Shown piece by piece: positions 37,241 through 43,174 of a stretch of 43,174 bases of DNA. The notes under the pieces were generated by a model. That model did no database searches. It was not told the origin of the DNA and saw only the letters and a program-made list of their open reading frames with translations. A program made the translations under genes and the position numbers. The stretch spans positions 1 through 43,174 of the forward strand of contig JALJEE010002346.1 of NCBI GenBank assembly GCA_023231475.1. The letters run 5' to 3'. Source of the stretch: Seison nebaliae (Eukaryota). Every line of letters starts with the position of its first letter. Within the stretch, counting starts at the first letter, position 1.

Positions 37241-39738
37241 ATGAATAACGATTCTATTCCACAAGTATTGCTCTATGTTCGAGTTAGTTGACATTCTCTT
37301 ATTAGTTTTTAAATATATCCAAATATAATTCATTTTTTATCATAAAAATTATCCGTTATGATTTATTATCGATTCTTTTTTAATCAAATCACATTCGACA
37401 TTTTCAAATTTCATTTTTTTTCAGCGATCCAATATCGATTGTTCTCATCGAAGTAGTTGTCCGGCAAGTCAACGGATGTTTATGATTCTTTATAATGAAT
37501 CGCAAATGCGACGAATAAAGTTGACCGTGTTTCCTGTAAACATGAAAATGCCGGAACCGGAATTTCGAGATTTTCATGCACATCCACCAGTTCTCGTAGT
37601 GAATGACAATGTCGTATTGACGGACAACTTCCTTATTGAAAAATATATTTTCGCTAATTTGATGAGTACTTCAATGAAATCGAAACGATCGGCTGAAAGT
37701 ATCGTAGCTGACGTATATAGTGTTAGTTTATTCTCATATTACTTTTAAATCATTTTCATATTTGAAGAAATTTAACATTTATCTGAAATCGTCGACACCG
37801 GAGACATTGGAGAGAAAGAAAGGAGTATTAAATCGGGAATTAGGTAAAATTAATGATTTTCTGAAATCGAATGGCACAGAATTTCTCTCCGATGATAATT
37901 TGACTCAAGTTGATTGTGAATTTCTTCCGAAATTGCAACATATTCTCATTGTGGGAAAAGTTAAATTAATTAATGTAAAATGAATAAACTTTTTATAATG
38001 TGTTAGGCTTACATGAATTATGAGATACCGAAAGAGTTTGTGCATTTGTGGAAATATTTACAGAATGGATATGAAGCGAAAGCATTCCGTGAATCATGTC
38101 CGTATGATCAGGATATGATATTGCATTACAGTGAGAAGATAAATAAACTGCCATTAGGTAAAAATCCGAATTTGCAGAAACCAACATTCACTTTAGAAAT
38201 TCCTCAAGAAATGATTAATCCAATTACACTCCTCTCAACACGTCGGAACAATTCGTCTGATAAGAATTTATCGAATAGTCAGAACAATTCTCCTATCAAT
38301 CAGAAACCATTATCTCAATCTCCTGGTCATTCACCCGTTCCTATAGTCACCACAACGGTCCATTACACAAAGAAACCAGAGACGAAACAAGAAATCCATT
38401 ATTCCAATAATAATGGTGTCAATTCGCATCAATTTAATCAAATCTTTCATCAATCGTCGGATGAAAATAATCAGAGTAAATGGACTCCACCAAACGAAAG
38501 TGATCATAGTCAAACTTCCATTTCTCCAAATAGATCAACAGACTATCAATCAAAATCGTCAAATAACGATAATAATTCTTTACGATCATCAGTGAACGAA
38601 GAAGAGATTTCCAATGAATTGAACGGATTCCGTTTATCTTCCTCCAGTGAACAATTGTGAGTATGTTATTAGAAGAAATTTCAACTCAATTTTTTTTTAC
38701 TATTCTCTAATGATTCTAACGTCGATTGATTCTAGTTTGCTGTACAGAGTAACATTCTCCTATTTGTTTCTTTATCAGAAGATTTTTCATAATTTCTTCC
38801 CATATGTTCCAAAGACATTTTGATGTATTGCTAATTCTTCTGATTTTATTTCTGTTTTCATCATCATCATTATCATCAACATCATCATTATTAGTCAGTC
38901 TATCTGTTTGATGGTGTCATCCGGTTCTATTCAATTTCCATAGAACAATATTCCTTTTCTTCTTATTTACACATTCCATTGATATTTTATTACATCTATT
39001 TACAGTCAATTCACTTTTCTTACTTCCCTTTGACTTAATTCGCTAATTTTGTCATTAAACTGCTCAAAAACAAAAAATCATTATTATTCTTCTTAACGAT
39101 TATACTTGAATGATTCAATAAAGACTTATTTTTAATTTTAGATTAATCAAATTTTAGTTTCATTACATAATTTTCTCTTTTTCCATCAGTCGCTCCTATC
39201 AGAGACGGTTTAATCAGAAAATTGAACCCAAACAACCTAAACAATTGGAAATTGATAATAAATTTGGTAATTATTTTCTTGAACATTTTATTCTAATTTT
39301 TCTTGAAGTCGAAAGAACAGACTCAACAAATTCATCACCGAAACCATTTGCGCCTTCTTTCCGACGTATCGACAACGAAAGGAAATCCCTCATCTTAGAC
39401 ATAGACGAATCACAAAAGAAAATTGATGAAACTTCTCAGCCCAAACACGTGAATAATAAGAAATTTGAAACAGATTTCCCAACAACAATCTTAAGTTCAA
39501 ATTATTTCATATATTTTTTTAAAAATTTCATTCTCCTTTATAGTGGATGATGCACTTGGAGTAAAAGTAATTAAATTTGACACTGATTTCCCTTCCACTG
39601 TATCAAGTTACATTTTTTATAAACAATAAGATTTTCCATAGCAATAAAACTATAATATTATTAGTGATCAATGAGCATTTGTTGACCAGTTCCATAAGTC
39701 ATACACCAAGAGAACCAGAAAGTCCGTTACCCTTTTAA
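37241..39738 (+). CDS. CLIC: Chloride intracellular channel (CLIC/EXC-4 family). Core exons 37241-37282, 37425-37721, 37768-37959, 38007-38660 (short form). The long form splices at 38656 to 39190-39266, 39309-39494, 39544-39606, 39665-39738
   Basis: Motifs VLLYVR|RSNID...SCPASQRMFMIL, PPVL, DVYS|KFNIYLK, FLSDDNLTQVDCEFLPKLQHILIVGK and LWKYLQNGYEAKAFRESCPYDQDMILHY. All joins preserve frame. Confidence 0.92.
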
Positions 39739-40075
39739 CTAAATTTTTTTGATGAAAAAACAATTATTTGCAAATGGTTGTGCAACCACAATATTTAACG
39801 TAAATAGAACATTTTAATTTTTCAATAAAAATCTTCATTTATTTAATATTAACAGTTTACTAGGATTATTTGATTTTATGCTAATACTTTATGTTTTCTT
39901 GATTTTTATTTCCAATCTTGATCATACTTCCACGAATAGTGATTCGTTTAATTCGAAATAAATTGGCGAGAAAGAAATTAATTTTTAAAAAAAAATTTTA
40001 CTAATGAGAAATTTTCCGTATTTTTAAAATATTAAAAATTTATAGAGAAAATGATTAATTACATTAAATTCAACT

Positions 40076-41328
40076 TTATAGAATTGATGAGGGATTTGAA
40101 AAATGTCCAGCAAAAACTATTAAGTTCAATTGTTCATCATATATAAAAAATTGGAATGGACGATCACATACAAACTGTAATGATGGAGCTGCAAACGCCG
40201 TACTTTTTAACATCATTATAACGCTAGTGGCTTCGGCAACTACTGTACCTTCTTCATTTACATCAATGACGGCTTTATATAATACGTCGGAAATAAATAA
40301 ATTATGGTCAGGTGATATTCCTTTAAAACTTCCTTTCCCATTGAAACAAGAGCCAATACCAAGTTTCTTAAGCGATTCTTTTAACTAGATTAAAATTTGA
40401 AACTAATTGAAAGAGGAAATAGAAAACTGATTTGGTTGTTTCCATTTTGAATTTAGGAATGACGACGTTCACTTTCAACCATATCATACTTTCGATAACT
40501 TCTTCAAAAACTTTCGAATCAAATTTCGAAGAAATATTTATAAATCCAGTCCGTTTGTTATTGGGCAGTATTACGATGAAAGAAAGGTGATCGCCAGCGA
40601 ATGGCATATTCAAAATTTTTGCATCGAACTCTTTACAGTCATCGATGTACCGAAATTCCATTTCAATATTCATCATGTCAATCTTTTTAACTTGTCCATT
40701 AGCTGCTGTAAAAAGTCTCTTATGTGTTTTCGTCTCGTCAAATTGAGTTACCCAAGTTCCTTTGAAGAGTATGGCATTCACCAAAATTAATCTGGTAAGT
40801 GAATCGATTGATGATTCAGTTAAAAAATTTTCAATCAGCTTATTTGTCTTCTTCGATATCCATGAATTAATAATGGAAACCGTTTTACTCCTCTCATTCC
40901 CAAAGTCAGCGTTCCTTATTTCAAACTCAAAATATTTCTTAGCCAATTCTTTATACGACGGTTCTATTTCTATTTTGTCATCTATATACATCGCTTGACA
41001 CATCGTGAATTGTTTAACAGATTTTAAAGGTTTTGAAATTTCTTGAAATTTTGTTGGAATAATTTTGATGTTTCGTGGAAGTCCCAACACTTTTGTCAAT
41101 TCATTAAAACTTCTGCCCCGAGCTCCAGTGGTAAGTAAACCCAAAGAAATCGCCAAGTTTACTGGAGAGAAAATAATATTTTTATCTTTTTATTGATATG
41201 ATTGAACAGAAAATGAACATATATGAAGAACCTTCGTCGAATATCGTTCTATAGAGTTCAAAGGAAAATTGATTGACACTTTCATTTATTTTACATTCGG
41301 GCTCCTTTTGAAAAAATGGAAATCTCAT
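40076..41328 (-). CDS. Serpin with no obvious signal peptide. Exons 41328-41232, 41185-40428, 40384-40076
   Basis: Motifs NIIFSPVNL, INSWISKKTNKLI, LILVNAILFKGTW, IPKFKME, hinge/reactive loop VNEEGTVVAEATSVIMMLKS and signature FVCDRPFQFFI. Confidence 0.95.
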
Positions 41329-41499
41329 TGTGAACGAAACAAACTAAACTTTTTTTTCTAATTCTAACATAATCGTTTCTAACCTAATACCTCTAAATAA
41401 ATGTAAAGAATTATCTATCTTCACCTAAAATCGTAATTTATTTAGTACACTGCTCTCTTCGTGAGATGAAATTTTAGTTTGGCAAAATTTCACGTCTCC

Positions 41500-42250
41500 T
41501 CACAGAAAGAGGAATTTCTATCAATGTATCGAAGAGCAGGTTGTTATCAACGGTAACTGTTCTGTTTCGAACATTCCACTTTCTCCTTCTATCTTATTTC
41601 TCGGTTAAATGATTAACATGCATTCGCTCTCTTCAATCACTGTGGATCATATCCGGAATAAGTTTTGTCGAAAGTTTTTTGCCTTCTCTCCAAAATCGAA
41701 ATTTATTTATTTAAAAATTCGTTTATCAATTCTCAAAAATTTAGTTCTGTCTCTATATTCGCTTGAGACCATCTTTCTTTGTTCATAGCCTTCGTTTCTG
41801 TCATATGGGTCGGGCCTACAATCGGCTGATTGGGGGATGGCCTGTTTCTTCCACAGATGTAATCGATCTCTGCTTTTTACCACTGTTGGCTTAGTTCCGT
41901 TCCCAATTCTCTTATGTCGTACACTGTACATTTGTCGTATATGAAAATTGTCGTAGACATTATGTCGTACAGCCTTGTCTCTTATCGACAAAACTTCCGA
42001 CACAATTTTTGGACTACCATATATTTCCAATACGAATTTCTTTCTCTCTCATTCTATCTTTTTACACAGGATATGTTATTACGAACTACCACAGGATATT
42101 GTTCTCCAAAACTTTAAAGATTTTCTTAAGTACGATCTCTGCCAATCGATCGAGGATCTCTTGAGGAGATGCGTCACTTGATTGACGTTAGTGATGATCG
42201 AAAGGAAATAAATTTATTTCCTTTTCCAATTTATCCCGACGGGAATTTTA
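41500..42250 (-). pseudogene. Possible decayed LINE endonuclease region
   Basis: Across frames and in order: DASPQEI (cf. D...QE), EIYGSP (cf. NIYGP), KPT...SR/IDYI. Many stops and frameshifts. Confidence 0.35.
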
Positions 42251-42392
42251 ACTAATAAATAATAATAATTATTTGATTTCCCCTAATAGTTCTAATATCT
42301 TCTAAAAATGTTTGGAGGTTTCTCTCATAGGATATTACCCATTTAAATTTCCATTTATATAATATTGATATATTATATACTCAACACGTACA

Positions 42393-43174
42393 CGAACATG
42401 GACACTTTGCCACCTTGCGTGTATATTTTCGGTGATTTCGCCACTCTTCTATGTAAATAAAATATACATTTTTTTATTCTTCAAGGAATGGACACTTTGC
42501 CACCCATCTTTTTTGAAAAAAGAATACTACTTCGGTGATTTTGCCACCCTTCTATCTAAATCTATCTATTTATTCTCAAGGAGTGGACACTTTACTGTCC
42601 TGTCTTCTCTTATGTTTTGACCTTTTAAGTACATAAGTTAGATCATGAGTTAAGATCACGCCTAATCACCGCTGCTTTTATTAATTAAAATTTCAGATTT
42701 TACTTTCAGAGTTTGGTCAATTTTCCTTCGAAACGGTTCATCGTTAAACAACCACTTTTCACAAAGATCTTTATTAGGTATTATTATGTCCTTCCGAACA
42801 ATTATTGGTACGTGGTAGATCATGCATAGTTCGTGAATAATTATTCCACAGCTTTATTGGAAATAAAGCTTTGCACCATTTTAGGCACCAATAGAAAAAA
42901 ATGGCAGAAAATAAAAATGCTATCCTAATAAGCATTATTTTTTACATATCCTATTTATTTTTAATTTTAATTTCGTTTCCTGCATATCGGATACTTCCCT
43001 TGTTAGTCCGTTACTGTTCACCTTTGCAAAATAAACTTAGCCAAATTTGGCTACATTCCGGGAATCGTAAACTTCGCTAGGATAAAAGTAAAAGTAGAGA
43101 GTAGAGTTAACTTAAGTAGAAAATTGTACTTCATCTAAGTTTTTTAAATTCGGTTTCTTTGTTTTCTGGTTATA
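42393..43174 (-). mobile_element. Mutator (MULE/Phantom-like) remnant: transposase C-terminus and terminal repeat array; continues beyond the window
   Basis: The minus strand at about 42870-42780 reads ALFPIKLWNNYSRTMHDLPRTNNCSEGHNN, the WN...RTNN..E motif of animal MULE transposases. Repeats ATGGACACTTTGCCACC (42398, 42488, partial 42583) and TTCGGTGATTTYGCCAC (42428, 42531). Confidence 0.8.

Noticed and set aside
15248..41328. Alternative genetic code or programmed frameshifting to explain fragmented ORFs
   Set aside because: Every break in the conserved genes is resolved by a short GT-AG intron under the standard code.
5012..42620. Many 60-110 aa ORFs antisense to or overlapping real exons, or lying in intergenic DNA
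   Set aside because: Shadow or chance frames, often with TTG/GTG starts, with no motifs or splice support.
1..43174. tRNA, rRNA, snRNA or spliced-leader genes
   Set aside because: None recognised by eye. A covariance-model search would be needed to exclude divergent copies.

Overview
AT-rich (roughly 30% GC by eye), compact animal genomic DNA with spliceosomal introns. The organism cannot be fixed from the sequence. Hand-built gene models: a 2.5-kb low-complexity exon of uncertain affiliation; liprin-beta (3 SAM domains); a SAXO/FAM154-like Mn-motif gene head-to-head with an intronless SLC17A9-like transporter; a small orphan coiled-coil gene; a homeobrain-like PRD-class homeobox gene; a CLIC gene with a hidden four-exon alternative C-terminus; and a serpin lacking a signal peptide. 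A transposon-rich island (about 21.7-30.3 kb) holds an internally deleted LINE, a 221-bp foldback, a LINE 3' fragment, Mutator/Phantom-like remnants, and an intact 473-aa orphan ORF that aligns by eye with the Mab-21/cGAS-like (cGLR) fold. The most striking signal is the splicing grammar. Of 26 reconstructed introns, 23 begin GTT rather than GTR, 16 have A at exon position -1, only 5 have G at +5, 8 end in AAG, and 21 are 42-58 nt long. All family calls are motif recognition by eye; no searches were run.
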